Shown: in pieces, positions 1-10,301 of the stretch
Layout: each line of letters opens with the position of its first letter
Position numbering within the stretch: position 1 is the stretch's first letter
NCBI GenBank assembly: GCA_023415035.1
Contig: JAEZLX010000008.1
Span: 11,277-75,276 of the forward strand
Reading direction: 5' to 3'
DNA length: 64,000 bases
Source of the DNA: Pseudomonadota bacterium
GTDB taxonomy: Bacteria > Pseudomonadota > Gammaproteobacteria > Burkholderiales > Burkholderiaceae_C
The notes under the pieces: generated by a model
Seen by the model: the letters and a program-made list of their open reading frames with translations, nothing else
Told to the model about the DNA's origin: nothing
Databases searched by the model: none
Made by a program: the position numbers and the translations under genes

Positions 1-1
1 C

Positions 2-640
2 ATGGCCACGCACGACATCACCTTCGGCATCGGCCCGGCGGGCACCGGCAAGACCTACCTGGCCGTGGCCTGCGCCGTGGACGCGCTGGAGCGCAGCGCC
101 GTGCAGCGCATCGTGCTGACGCGGCCGGCCGTCGAGGCGGGCGAGAAGCTCGGCTTTCTGCCCGGCGACCTGGGCCAGAAGGTTGACCCCTACCTGCGGC
201 CGCTGTACGACGCGCTGTACGACCTCATAGGCTTCGACAAGGTGCAGAAGGCCTTCGAGCGCCAGCAGATCGAGATCGCGCCGCTGGCCTTCATGCGCGG
301 GCGCACGCTCAACAACGCCTTTGTCATCCTCGACGAGGCGCAGAACACCACGCCCGAGCAGATGAAGATGTTCCTCACGCGCATCGGCTTCGGCGCCAAG
401 GCCGTGGTCACGGGCGACGTCAGCCAGATCGACCTGCCGCGCACCCAGCTGTCGGGCCTCATCGACGCCGAGCGCGTGCTCAAGCGCGTCAACGGCGTGG
501 CCTTCAGCCGGCTGACCAGCGCCGATGTGGTGCGCCACCCGCTGGTGGCCCGCATCGTGGACGCCTACGATGCCCGCTCCGCCGGCGCCGCGCCGGTGCG
601 CCGCAGCCGCGCCGCCAACCCCGACAGCGACCAGCCATGA
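2..640 (+). CDS. phoH: PhoH-like ATPase (probably 5'-truncated by window edge)
   Basis: [12 protein letters not shown]-loop, [23 protein letters not shown] and ILDEAQN motifs; upstream of ybeY as usual. Confidence 0.93.
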   Translation: MATHDITFGIGPAGTGKTYLAVACAVDALERSAVQRIVLTRPAVEAGEKLGFLPGDLGQKVDPYLRPLYDALYDLIGFDKVQKAFERQQIEIAPLAFMRGRTLNNAFVILDEAQNTTPEQMKMFLTRIGFGAKAVVTGDVSQIDLPRTQLSGLIDAERVLKRVNGVAFSRLTSADVVRHPLVARIVDAYDARSAGAAPVRRSRAANPDSDQP

Positions 641-1023
641 ACACCCGGCGCATTCTTGCACCCGCCGTGCTGCTGGCCACCATGCTGGGCGGCTGCGCCA
701 CCGCACCGGCCGACGCGCCTTCGGCAGGGCACCGCCAGCAGGTGGACGTCAGCTACCGCTGCGAAGGCGGTGTGGAACTGGAGGTGTCCTACCTCAACCC
801 GCCCACGGGCGAGTCCTTCGCCTCCATCCATTTCGAAGGCAGGACCGTGGTCATGCAGAGCCGGCCGTCGGCCTCGGGCGTGCGCTACGTGGACCTGGAC
901 GAGCAGCGCGGCCTGCGCTGGCGTACCAAGGGCGACGAAGGCTTCCTCGCCATGCAACCCGCAGACCACACCGCGAAAGAAACCATCCTGATCAACCAAT
1001 GCCGCGCCTTCCGCGAGCGCTGA
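637..1023 (+). CDS. MliC/PliC-like lysozyme-inhibitor lipoprotein
   Basis: Lipobox LGGC; YRC...SASGVRY...[10 protein letters not shown]...C pattern typical of MliC; ATGA overlap with phoH. Confidence 0.75.
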   Translation: MNTRRILAPAVLLATMLGGCATAPADAPSAGHRQQVDVSYRCEGGVELEVSYLNPPTGESFASIHFEGRTVVMQSRPSASGVRYVDLDEQRGLRWRTKGDEGFLAMQPADHTAKETILINQCRAFRER

Positions 1024-1033
1024 GCGAGCCGCC

Positions 1034-1489
1034 ATGCCATTGCCCCAACTCGGCCTTTCCCTGCAGTTCAGCCACCTGGCCGACCCCGCGCCGCACCGCG
1101 CCGCTTTGCCCCGGCACAAGGTGGCACGCTGGATCCGCCACGCGCTGGAAACCGACGCCGAAATCACCGTGCGCATCGTCGACAGCGAGGAAGGCCAGGC
1201 CCTCAACCGCGACTACCGGCACAAGGACTACGCCACCAACGTGCTGACCTTCGACTACGCGCAGGACCCCGTCGTGATGGCCGATCTCGTGCTGTGCGCG
1301 CCCGTGGTCGAGCGCGAGGCCCGCGAGCAGGGCAAGACCCTGGCCGATCACTACGCCCACCTGCTGGTGCACGGCACGCTGCACGCCCAGGGCTGGGACC
1401 ACGAAACCGGCGAGGCCGACGCGGAAGCCATGGAAGCCCGCGAGATCGAGATCCTGGCCGGGCTGGGCATCGCCAACCCGTACCGTTGA
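1034..1489 (+). CDS. ybeY: rRNA maturation endoribonuclease YbeY
   Basis: [17 protein letters not shown] and [15 protein letters not shown] (H3xH5xH) motifs. Confidence 0.96.
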   Translation: MPLPQLGLSLQFSHLADPAPHRAALPRHKVARWIRHALETDAEITVRIVDSEEGQALNRDYRHKDYATNVLTFDYAQDPVVMADLVLCAPVVEREAREQGKTLADHYAHLLVHGTLHAQGWDHETGEADAEAMEAREIEILAGLGIANPYR

Positions 1490-1600
1490 CCCCCACGCTC
1501 CACCGCTGACGCGGGTCGCTGCCCCCGAGGGGGCTGGTTCGCCTTGGGGCGGCCCGGCGGCGAACCGGTTGACCCCCACGCTCCACCTCGGACGCGGGTC
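1485..1600. repeat. REP-like intergenic repeat, one full and one partial unit
   Basis: GTTGACCCCCACGCTCCACC at 1485-1504 and 1568-1587, each followed by GACGCGGGTC; internal inverted repeat GGTTCGCC...GGCGAACC; lies between convergent genes. Confidence 0.7.
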
Positions 1601-1623
1601 CAGCCTTGCTGATCGCGGTCGAC

Positions 1624-2067
1624 TCAGGCCGTGATCCGCATCGGGATCGTCACCGGCCCGTCGTTGACGAGGTAAACCTGCATATCGGCGCCGAAGCGCC
1701 CGGTTTCCACCACGGGATGCGCCGCACGCGCCTCGTCCACGAATCGGTCGTACAGGGCCTCGCCGAGCGCCGGCGGCGCCGCGCCTGTAAACCCGGGGCG
1801 ATTACCGCCGCGGGTGTCGGCGGCCAGCGTGAACTGGCTGACGATCAGCAAGCCGCCACCCACGTCCTGCACGCTGCGGTTCATCTTGCCGTGCTCGTCG
1901 GCAAAGACGCGCAGCTTCAGGATCTTGGCCAGCAGCTTCTGGCCGATGGCTTCGGTGTCCTGCGGCTCGGCGCACAGCAGCACCAGCAGCCCCCGGCCAA
2001 TGCGGCCCACCGTCTCTCCCGCGATATCCACGCGCGCCTCGGACACGCGCTGCAGCAAGGCCATCAT
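1624..2067 (-). CDS. dtd: D-aminoacyl-tRNA deacylase
   Basis: MMALLQRV start, [14 protein letters not shown] and NDGPVT motifs; start moved to 2067, giving an ATGA overlap with the upstream CDF gene. Confidence 0.95.
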   Translation of the reverse strand: MMALLQRVSEARVDIAGETVGRIGRGLLVLLCAEPQDTEAIGQKLLAKILKLRVFADEHGKMNRSVQDVGGGLLIVSQFTLAADTRGGNRPGFTGAAPPALGEALYDRFVDEARAAHPVVETGRFGADMQVYLVNDGPVTIPMRITA

Positions 2068-3014
2068 GGCTTCGGATCCTCCTCGTCGAAAAAGTGCGCC
2101 TCCACCCCGTAGGGCAGCAGCTGGATGGACGCACGCAAGCCCGGCACTGCCCGCATCAGGGCCTGCTCCACCTCGCCACGCAGCGCTGCGGCCCTGCCCA
2201 GCGACCACGAGGCTGGCAGGTGCATGTGCAGGTCCACGAAATGCCGGTGCCCCGCACGCCGTGTGGCCACGTGATCGAACCGCAGCTCGTCCGGCAGCGA
2301 CGAACGTGCCGTGAAGCTCTCAAGCACCCGGTCGATCTTGGTCTGCACCTGGGGGTCCAGGGCGTGGTCCATGAGACCATCGCTGGCGCGGCGGATGAGG
2401 TGCAGCCCCTCGCGGACAATGTTGGCCGCCACCGCGAGGGCGATCAGCGGATCGAGCACCAGCCAGCCGGTGGCAAAGACCAGACCCACCCCCACCACCA
2501 CACCGGCCGTGGTGTAGACGTCGGTCATCAGGTGGCGCGCATCGGCTTCAACGGCTTCGGCGCCGGCCACGCCCGCTTCCTGCTGCACCCGCGCCGCACG
2601 CCGCATGAGCAGCGCCAGGCCACCATTGACCAGCGCGCTGGCCACCGACAGCCCAAGGCCCAGCCCGGGCGCCTCCAGCGCCTGCGGCGACAGCAGCCGG
2701 CCGATGGCCGCCCAGGCGATGGCCAGCGCCGCACCCAGGATCAGGATGCCCTCGAACCCGCTGGAGAAATACTCCGCCTTGGTATGGCCGAAGGGATGGT
2801 CATCGTCCGGCGGGCGCCGCGCGATTGTCACCATGGCCAGCGCGAACACGGCCGCCGCGAGGTTGACAAAGGACTCCAGGCCATCCGATAACAGGCCCAC
2901 CGAGCCGGTAACGTGCCACGCGGCCATCTTGAGCACGATGGTGCACAGGGCGGCGGCAATCGACGCCTGCAACAGCCGCTGCGGGGAAACCCGTTGCCAC
3001 AGGGGAGCATTCAT
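2064..3014 (-). CDS. Cation diffusion facilitator (FieF-like) transporter
   Basis: [21 protein letters not shown] and ADARHLMTD motifs; six hydrophobic segments. Confidence 0.9.
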   Translation of the reverse strand: MNAPLWQRVSPQRLLQASIAAALCTIVLKMAAWHVTGSVGLLSDGLESFVNLAAAVFALAMVTIARRPPDDDHPFGHTKAEYFSSGFEGILILGAALAIAWAAIGRLLSPQALEAPGLGLGLSVASALVNGGLALLMRRAARVQQEAGVAGAEAVEADARHLMTDVYTTAGVVVGVGLVFATGWLVLDPLIALAVAANIVREGLHLIRRASDGLMDHALDPQVQTKIDRVLESFTARSSLPDELRFDHVATRRAGHRHFVDLHMHLPASWSLGRAAALRGEVEQALMRAVPGLRASIQLLPYGVEAHFFDEEDPKP

Positions 3015-3042
3015 GACGGCATTGTGCACAATAGCTTCCACC

Positions 3043-3984
3043 ATGCCCGCGACACCCCGGCTCCACTAGCTGCTCTGGCTCGCCTGCCTTGCACTCGCCC
3101 TCGGCGGTGCCGCGCTGCTTGGCCGGGCTGGGCCGAGCTGCAGCGCCACGCGGTGCTGGCCTCGTTCGACGCGGCATCCGGTCGCTACGATCTCGTGACG
3201 GCCTCGGGCGATGGCGCCTACGCGCTGCGCATTGACATCGCCCGGACCATTCCCTGGGAAGAGCAGCCTCTGCCCCCTGGGGACAACACCACGAGGGTAA
3301 CGCTGGAGTGGCCCGGCCAGCCACCCCATGTGCTGCAGCCCGGCCGCCCCGGGCATGCCGATACCGGCTGGCCGCTGGCGTTCAGCAAGGTGCTCGCCAG
3401 CCCGAGCCAGCCGTTCCAGCTCGTCATCACCCGCCGCCTGGGCTGCCACCAACCACCATGTGACCGCCGCCGTGGTGGACCGCGCAGGCACGCTGCGCGC
3501 ACTGCACCGCGCCGACAACGCCGGCCCGCACACGGTGGGCGCCGCCCAGGCCAGGGCCGGCGCCGATCTGGATGCGCTGGAGAACGACCGCTACGACGCG
3601 GTGACCATCGCGTCAGTGGCCGATGACGAGCAGACGATGCGCCTGCTGCTGTCGCTGGGCGCAAGCGCGAAACAGGTCACCAGCCACTACGATGGCACCG
3701 CGCTGATCGCCGCCACCCACCTGGGGCACGAGGGTGCGGTGAGACAGCTCATCGCGGCCGGCGCCCCGCTCGACCACGTGAACAACCTGCACTGGACCGC
3801 CGTGATCGAATCCATCGTCCTGGGAGATGGCGGGCCACGCCACCAGGCCACGCTGCGGGCGCTGATCGACGCGGGAGCCGACCTGCGGCTGACGGATCGC
3901 CATGGACAGACACCGTTGGCCCTGGCACGGACGCGGGGTTACACGGTCATGGCGGACATGCTGGAAAAGGCCGTCGCCCGCTGA
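3043..3984 (+). pseudogene. Collapsed remnant: sensor-kinase N-terminus / GlcG(HbpS)-like fragment / ankyrin-repeat C-terminus
   Basis: ATG at 3043 then an in-frame TAG at 3067 before a TM segment, then a frameshift; VTAAVVDRAG..LRADNAGPHT fragment joined in frame to ankyrin repeats (GTALIAA, GQTPLALA). Confidence 0.65.
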
Positions 3985-4060
3985 GGGGCTTGGCCCGGCA
4001 CACGCCCCTCCACCTGGCCGGCGCGGCCTGCCCGCCAGACGCCGGCTGCGCCGAGGTGGC

Positions 4061-5296
4061 TTACGACAGCGTGATGCGGGCGAACTTGCGCTTGCCGACC
4101 TGCACCACGTAGGTGCCGGCACCCAGCTTCAGGCCCTTGTCGCTCACCACGGATGAATCGACGCGAACGCCACCGCCGTCGATCAGGCGGTTGGCCTCGC
4201 TGGTGGAAGGCGCCAGGCCGGCAGACTTGAGCAGCGCGCCAATGCCCATGGGCGCGCCCGGCAGGCTCACTTCCGGAATGTCGTCGGGAATGCCGCCCTT
4301 GGACCGGTTGATGAAATCCTGCTCGGCCGCATCGGCCGCGGCTGCGCTGTGGAAGCGCGCGGTGATTTCCTTGGCCAGCATGACCTTGGCGTCCTTGGGA
4401 TTGCGGCCGGCTTCCACCTCGGCCTTGAGCCGGGCGATCTCGTCCATGCTCCTGAAGGACAGCAGCGTGTACCAGTCCCACATCAGGTCGTCCGAGATGC
4501 TCAACACCTTGGCAAACATGGTGTTGGCGTCTTCGGTGATGCCGATGTAGTTGTTCTTGGACTTGGACATCTTGTCCACGCCGTCCAGCCCCACCAGCAG
4601 CGGCATGGTCAGGATGCACTGCGGCTCCTGGCCGTATTCGGCCTGCAGGTGGCGGCCCATCAGCAGGTTGAACTTCTGGTCGGTGCCGCCGAGCTCCAGA
4701 TCGGCCTTGAGCGCCACCGAGTCGTAGCCCTGCATCAGCGGATAGAGGAATTCGTGCACGCTGATGGGCGTGCCCGCGGTGAAGCGCTGATGAAAATCGT
4801 TGCGCTCCATCATGCGCGCCACGGTGTACTTGGCCGCCAGCTGGATCATGCCGCGCGCGCCCAGCGCATCGCTCCACTCGGAGTTGTAGCGGATCTCGGT
4901 CTTCTCCGGGTCCAGCACCCTGGCGGCCTGGTTGTAATAGGTCTCTGCGTTGACCTTGATCTGCTCGGCCGTCAGCGGCGGACGTGTCGAATTTCGGCCC
5001 GAGGGATCACCGATGAGCGTGGTGAAGTCCCCGATCAGGAAGATGACCTGGTGTCCGAGGTCCTGCAACTGGCGCATCTTGTTGAGCACCACCGTGTGGC
5101 CGATGTGGATGTCGGGCGCGGTCGGATCCAGGCCCAGCTTGATGCGCAGGGGCTGCCCGGTCTTCTCGGAGCGCACCAGCTTGCGCACCCAGTCCTCCTG
5201 CGGGATCAGCTCGTCGCAGCCGCGCAGGGTCACGTCCAGGGCGTGACGCACGCCGTCTGTCAGTTCGTTGTTGGGCATTGATACTTCCTGATTCAT
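4061..5296 (-). CDS. tyrS: Tyrosine--tRNA ligase
   Basis: [13 protein letters not shown] (HIGH), KMSKS and a C-terminal S4 domain (VQVGKRKF). Confidence 0.98.
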   Translation of the reverse strand: MNQEVSMPNNELTDGVRHALDVTLRGCDELIPQEDWVRKLVRSEKTGQPLRIKLGLDPTAPDIHIGHTVVLNKMRQLQDLGHQVIFLIGDFTTLIGDPSGRNSTRPPLTAEQIKVNAETYYNQAARVLDPEKTEIRYNSEWSDALGARGMIQLAAKYTVARMMERNDFHQRFTAGTPISVHEFLYPLMQGYDSVALKADLELGGTDQKFNLLMGRHLQAEYGQEPQCILTMPLLVGLDGVDKMSKSKNNYIGITEDANTMFAKVLSISDDLMWDWYTLLSFRSMDEIARLKAEVEAGRNPKDAKVMLAKEITARFHSAAAADAAEQDFINRSKGGIPDDIPEVSLPGAPMGIGALLKSAGLAPSTSEANRLIDGGGVRVDSSVVSDKGLKLGAGTYVVQVGKRKFARITLS

Positions 5297-5521
5297 TTTG
5301 TGACCCTGGTAGCGGACAGATGCGCGTTTTCCCGTAGGCGAAGTCCAACGCGCTGGCTATACTTTTGCCAATTAGCGTGGATTTTAGTGGCCTTCCTGCA
5401 ACACTCGGTGTGCAATGGGCCGATCGCCTGGGGAACTTCAGGCCCTGTCCTCGCCTCCTTCCCTGTTTTTGAAGAATTTGTACTGGCCGCATCCGACTGC
5501 CGCCAGGCGAGGAAAACCGTT

Positions 5522-6895
5522 TTGGCCGACAACCCACTGTCCCCTCCACCATCACCCGGATCCTTGGCGGCGCAGCTGGCCCAAGGTCTTTCCCGTCACC
5601 CCAAAGCCATCGTCACCGCCATCGGCATGCTCCTGCTGGGCACCGCCGTCACCGCGTTCGGCATCGCGCCGCTCGCGCCAGATGCCGCCGATCTGCCCGT
5701 GACGCGCGTTGTCGAACCCGCCAGCACGCTGGACATCATCCCGGCAAACATCACCGGCGGACAGGACAGCAGCTTCACGCTGTACCGCAGTGATACCGTT
5801 CGTCGCGACGACACCGCGCAGAGCCTGCTGTCGCGCATGGGCATCACCGACCCCGAAGCTGCCAGCCTGCTGCGCAACGACCCGGACGCCCGCCAGCTCT
5901 TCGCCGGCCGTCCCGGCAAGGTGGTCACCGCCGAAACCGATGAGCGTCATGGCCTGACCCGACTGGTGGCCCGCTGGCTGCCCGGCAGCGCCGATGACCG
6001 CAGCTTCGTGCGCCTGGTCGTCGAGCGGCAGGCCGACCGACAGCTGACCAGCCGTCTCGAACAGGGCGAGCTCAGCGTCGGCACCGCGCTGGCCAGCGGC
6101 ACCATTCACAGCTCGCTGTTCGCCGCCACCGACGCCGCCAACCTGCCCGACAGCGTGGCCGTCCAGCTGGCCGAGATCTTCTCGTCGTACATCGACTTCC
6201 GCCGCGACCTGCGCCAGGGCGACCAGTTCAGCCTGGTCTACGAGGTGTTGCAGGCCGACGGCGAAGCCATGCGCCCGGGCCGCGTGCTCAGCGCCCAGTT
6301 CGTCAACGCCGGCAAGGCCTACGAGGCCGTCTGGTTCGAAGCCGCCAACCACAAGGGAGCCTACTACAGCTTCGATGGCCAGAGTTCGCAGCCGCAGTTC
6401 CTGAGCTCGCCCCTGCAGTTCTCGCGTGTGAGCAGCGGCTACGGCCTGCGCTTCCACCCCATCTCGGGCAAGCGCAAGGCCCACCTCGGTGTCGATCTGG
6501 CGGCGCCCAGCGGCACGCCGGTGCGCACGGTGGCCGACGGTGTCGTGACCTTCGCGGGCTGGCAGCGCGGCTACGGCAACATCATCGAGATCCAGCACCG
6601 CGACCGCAAGTCCACCGCCTACGCCCACCTGAGCCGCATCGACGTGCGCAAGGGCCAGAAGGTCAGCCAGGGCGACTTCATCGGCGCGGTCGGCTCCACC
6701 GGCGCATCCACGGGTCCGCACCTGCATTTCGAGTTCAAGGAAGCGGGCGCCCACAAGGACCCGCTCGACATCGCCCGCCGCAACGAGACCATTCCACTGC
6801 CGGCCAGCCTGCGCCCGCAGTTCAATCAGGTCGCCCAGGCACAGCGCCAGCAGCTCGACGCGGCCGCCCTCGTCGTGCAGGCCAGCGCCGAATAA
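5522..6895 (+). CDS. M23 family peptidoglycan endopeptidase (MepM-like); start uncertain, TTG 5522 chosen
   Basis: HLGVDLAA, YAHLS and STGPHLHFE motifs; N-terminal TM segment; divergent from tyrS. Confidence 0.9.
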   Translation: MADNPLSPPPSPGSLAAQLAQGLSRHPKAIVTAIGMLLLGTAVTAFGIAPLAPDAADLPVTRVVEPASTLDIIPANITGGQDSSFTLYRSDTVRRDDTAQSLLSRMGITDPEAASLLRNDPDARQLFAGRPGKVVTAETDERHGLTRLVARWLPGSADDRSFVRLVVERQADRQLTSRLEQGELSVGTALASGTIHSSLFAATDAANLPDSVAVQLAEIFSSYIDFRRDLRQGDQFSLVYEVLQADGEAMRPGRVLSAQFVNAGKAYEAVWFEAANHKGAYYSFDGQSSQPQFLSSPLQFSRVSSGYGLRFHPISGKRKAHLGVDLAAPSGTPVRTVADGVVTFAGWQRGYGNIIEIQHRDRKSTAYAHLSRIDVRKGQKVSQGDFIGAVGSTGASTGPHLHFEFKEAGAHKDPLDIARRNETIPLPASLRPQFNQVAQAQRQQLDAAALVVQASAE

Positions 6896-6901
6896 GCCTC
6901 A

Positions 6902-6938
6902 CCGCTTCGGCCCGGCAGCGCGCCGGGCCCGGAAGCGG
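6902..6938. terminator. Hairpin between convergent genes (probable bidirectional terminator)
   Basis: CCGCTTC-GGCCCGGC...GCCGGGCC-CG-GAAGCGG inverted repeat. Confidence 0.55.
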
Positions 6939-6941
6939 ACA

Positions 6942-7670
6942 TCACTGGGTCATCTGGAAGTAGGCCGTGGTCACGGCCACCTGGGACTCATCCTGAAAGG
7001 TCGGCGACGTCGACCCGAAGGCCATACTGTCATCAATCGGCCAAGGCAGACTCCCTGCTGCGACACTGCCAGCCAGTGTGGCATCGCGCAGCCGGCCAAA
7101 ACGTGCATCACTTCGCCCGTCAATCTGTTGGTCGAGCATGGCCGCCAGCGAATAGGTCACTCTCTTGAGCACCATCACGTTGCGCGATCTCTGCACGTAC
7201 GTGCCGATCGTCTCCCCGGGCTCGGACCATGTGACGTTCTGGAAGCATACCTGCACCTCCTGTGGGTTACCGTTGCTGTCCAGGTAAACAAACCTGTCCG
7301 GCTGACCTTCGGCGCGCCCCTCCGGCAGGCGAATGCCCTTGGCCAGGAAATCATTGATCATGTTCGCGCCACACAGCTCGTGCGTATTCCCTCCCACGCG
7401 ACCCGTCGGGTTCGCTTCCATATCGCCGGGAGGCCGCATGACACCATTCAGGTAGGCCTCGTAGGCAAGCTGCCAGCCCTGCACGAAGTCCGTGGACAGT
7501 CGCTGGTTGGCGGCGGCGCGCTGCAGGTCGCGGCCGATCGCCACGGCTCCCAGCAGCAGCCCGATGACGAGCAGGGTGATGCTCAGCTCCAGCAGCGTGA
7601 AGCCGCGCTGACGCCGTACCGACTGGCAGGCTGCCGCACGACGCGAGGATGTGGACACAGGAAAGGACAT
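6942..7670 (-). CDS. Type IV prepilin-like protein (paralog group A)
   Basis: QRG/FTLLE class III signal; shares RLPxGRAEG..DRxVYxDSNGNPQEVQVCFQ with the ORFs at 23576 and 24502; GAGGTG RBS before ATG 7670. Confidence 0.85.
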   Translation of the reverse strand: MSFPVSTSSRRAAACQSVRRQRGFTLLELSITLLVIGLLLGAVAIGRDLQRAAANQRLSTDFVQGWQLAYEAYLNGVMRPPGDMEANPTGRVGGNTHELCGANMINDFLAKGIRLPEGRAEGQPDRFVYLDSNGNPQEVQVCFQNVTWSEPGETIGTYVQRSRNVMVLKRVTYSLAAMLDQQIDGRSDARFGRLRDATLAGSVAAGSLPWPIDDSMAFGSTSPTFQDESQVAVTTAYFQMTQ

Positions 7671-7686
7671 GGGGTTCACCTCGAGG

Positions 7687-9009
7687 TCAGTAACCGATGG
7701 CATCGGCTTTCAGTGCGTTTTCATTGACGGAGCGGGCAACGTCGGTCATGGCTTCAGTGCGATCGGCAAACCCATCCCAAACGTCGCCGGCTTCGCTCCG
7801 CGAGATCCCGGCCTGGATGACGGCCACGCCAGCGACCGCGGCACCCACAGCCGCTGTGGCAATACCCGCTGCAGCCAGCCCGATCTGGAATGAGCGGGCA
7901 CCAGCGCTCATGGTGGTGTCTGCGGTGGCGGACACCATCTCCTTCGCGGCGTCCAGCACGGCGGAGGCGGCGCTGAACACGCCAGATGCAGCGGCGGCAA
8001 CATCCGCGTCCGCCAGCTTGACGGCCACGTACAACTGGTCACGGTAGTCGTAAAGCGCCCGCTCCATCACCAGGGCCCCGGTGCCGGCGTTGACATGCGC
8101 ATGCGATATCGCCGACAGGGCCTCGCCGCAGTGCAGGGTGGAGAAAAGCTCGGCGTGGCTGACGGCCAGCACCAGATCGTCATAGGTATCTGTCACGGCA
8201 GCATGGGCGGCGGCAAAGGTCGGATCGGTGTTGCTGGCCGAGGCATTCGCGCCATCGAACGGTGACCCGTCGCCATCGGCGTCCAGCAGGCCCGACGCGG
8301 CAATCACGAAGGCCATGGCGCGGCGTGAGCCGGTGGCGCCCAGTGCCCGCACAGCCAGGGCACCGGCCGGGGCCACCATCGCGTCAGCCTTGCTGTCCAC
8401 CGCTGTGTTCAGCGCCAGGCAGATGTCGATCAGACTGGTGGCCCGTGGCACCGGGGTCGCAGGACATGGTGGTGATTCGGACGCATTGCAGGCCGCATCC
8501 AGTGATGCCGTCTCGCTGCCCGATCGCGTGGCCCCCAGCGGAACCTCGACCGTCTGCGGCAATGGCGGCAGGTGGGAATTGGGTGCAGCGGCGTTCTGCG
8601 GGCGCGGTTCGGGCGTGACCACGCGAAGCGGGTTCATGCGGTCCGTCTGCACGGCCAGGTCCCGGTCATCCTGCGCCGTGCCCGATGCCTCGCGGTACAC
8701 GCCGTAACGCAGCTTTCCCGCTTCAGGCCGCGGCAGACCCAGGGTGCGCCAGGGCAGGTAGCCCACCTGGCCCAGTGCGCAGTTCTCGGTGCCTGCCGTA
8801 TCCGCCGCCGGGCATGGCAGGCGATGATGAGCCTGGACAAAACCCAGCACCGCGTCGCGCGACTGGTCCTGCACATCCATCTGCCGGACCGTCACGCGTT
8901 GGCGCGCGGACTGCTGCCAGAACACCACCGCAGCCAGCAGCATCAGCCCCAATGCCAGCAAGGCAACCGATATTTCAACCAGGGTGAAGCCTCTTTCATG
9001 CCGCTTCAT
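7687..9009 (-). CDS. Large prepilin-like protein (group B) with Ala-rich helical tail
   Basis: ERG/FTLVE; RLPCP..C..G.LPW..LGL; DADGDG motif; hydrophobic C-terminal region. Confidence 0.8.
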   Translation of the reverse strand: MKRHERGFTLVEISVALLALGLMLLAAVVFWQQSARQRVTVRQMDVQDQSRDAVLGFVQAHHRLPCPAADTAGTENCALGQVGYLPWRTLGLPRPEAGKLRYGVYREASGTAQDDRDLAVQTDRMNPLRVVTPEPRPQNAAAPNSHLPPLPQTVEVPLGATRSGSETASLDAACNASESPPCPATPVPRATSLIDICLALNTAVDSKADAMVAPAGALAVRALGATGSRRAMAFVIAASGLLDADGDGSPFDGANASASNTDPTFAAAHAAVTDTYDDLVLAVSHAELFSTLHCGEALSAISHAHVNAGTGALVMERALYDYRDQLYVAVKLADADVAAAASGVFSAASAVLDAAKEMVSATADTTMSAGARSFQIGLAAAGIATAAVGAAVAGVAVIQAGISRSEAGDVWDGFADRTEAMTDVARSVNENALKADAIGY

Positions 9010-10301
9010 GGGTTCAAGCCTTTCTTGTCCAACGCAATCGCGCGGCGCAGCGCGTCAGCGAACGCGCCATAGACCTGTTCGGCATAGAGGTTTGAATCCG
9101 CCAGTTTTTGCTTGGCATCCTCGTATCCCTCCTTCGCATCCACCAGCTCTTGCGCAGACAGCGCCATGTCGGCGATGGCCATGGCCATGTTGACCGCTGC
9201 CATGACCAAGGTGAACGCGGTCAAGCCTTCGGTGTTGGCAGCCGAGGCGATGCTGAGCGCGGTACTGGCCGTGCCCAGCGCCAAGCCCATGGCCGACATG
9301 GTCACACTGGTGATCGCACCTTGCACGGCGGAATGTGCCTGCTCCACGTCAAAAAGACGAAGAGACCAGTACTCCTGCATGACGCGCGTGTTGTCATAGG
9401 CCGCAAAAGCCCCCTGCGCCGCTGCCTGCATGGCGGAAAGCCTGGTCACACAACCGATGCGACCCGCCAGATCAGCCGGACCAACGGCCAAGGCCAGGTC
9501 ATCGAAATCCACGGCCTGAGCGCGACCAGGCATGTCGAATGGGAGAGTCCCGCCACCGATGGCATTGTTGCCATCGAACTGGCCGTTTTCCCCCGGGTGC
9601 ACGATCACGAACGCCACCGCCACCGCATCTGCCGCGTCGAGTCCCGCACGCAATGATCCCGCCACTGTCGGGTCTGCGGCATACCGCCTGAGAACACGGC
9701 ACCAGTCCAGACCATTGACAACACTGCGCCGGTCTTCTGCTTCATCGATCAACGCCTGAAGCGCATCCGCTGCCGCCCGCGCACCGGCGGGAACGGTGGC
9801 GGCATAGGCCGGGACGCCGGGATCGGAGAGATCCGGCAAGCCGTCGGGAAGGCCAAGGCTAGGCAGGTTCAGGCCCGCAAAGTCGGGCAGGACCGGCACG
9901 CCACTGAAATCGGCGTTCAGATCTGGCGACGCGGTCGGCGCTGGCAGGACGGCCAGATCCGCTCCGCCTCCCCGGTTGACACCGTACCGCAGGCGGCTGA
10001 AAGAGCTGTCCAGCCCGAGCGACCGCCACGGAAGCGCCCCGGCATTGCCGCTGCCACAACTCTCGGTCCCCAGCAGGTTGGAGGACGCCACACATGGCAG
10101 ACGGTGATGGGCCAGCACGAAGCCTTCCACTGCGGCCTCGGCCTCGGCGAGCTGGCGCTGGATCTCGATGCGCGTCTTCGGTGCCTGGCTGTCGGCCACC
10201 CACCGCCAGATGAAGATGCCGATGATCCCGATGATGACCAGGGCGACACTCAGCTCGATGAGCGAGAAGCCACCTTGTCTGCGGTGTGTCTGCGCGCTCA
10301 T
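9006..10301 (-). CDS. Large prepilin-like protein (group B) with hydrophobic hairpin tail
   Basis: QGG/FSLIE; RLPC..C..G.LPW..LGL; tail AITSVTMSAMGLALGTAS...AFTLVMAAVNMAMAI. Confidence 0.8.
   Translation of the reverse strand: MSAQTHRRQGGFSLIELSVALVIIGIIGIFIWRWVADSQAPKTRIEIQRQLAEAEAAVEGFVLAHHRLPCVASSNLLGTESCGSGNAGALPWRSLGLDSSFSRLRYGVNRGGGADLAVLPAPTASPDLNADFSGVPVLPDFAGLNLPSLGLPDGLPDLSDPGVPAYAATVPAGARAAADALQALIDEAEDRRSVVNGLDWCRVLRRYAADPTVAGSLRAGLDAADAVAVAFVIVHPGENGQFDGNNAIGGGTLPFDMPGRAQAVDFDDLALAVGPADLAGRIGCVTRLSAMQAAAQGAFAAYDNTRVMQEYWSLRLFDVEQAHSAVQGAITSVTMSAMGLALGTASTALSIASAANTEGLTAFTLVMAAVNMAMAIADMALSAQELVDAKEGYEDAKQKLADSNLYAEQVYGAFADALRRAIALDKKGLNP

Noticed and set aside
5300..5521. N-terminal extension of the M23 ORF
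   Set aside because: Spans the tyrS/M23 divergent promoter region and has atypical composition; a downstream start is more plausible
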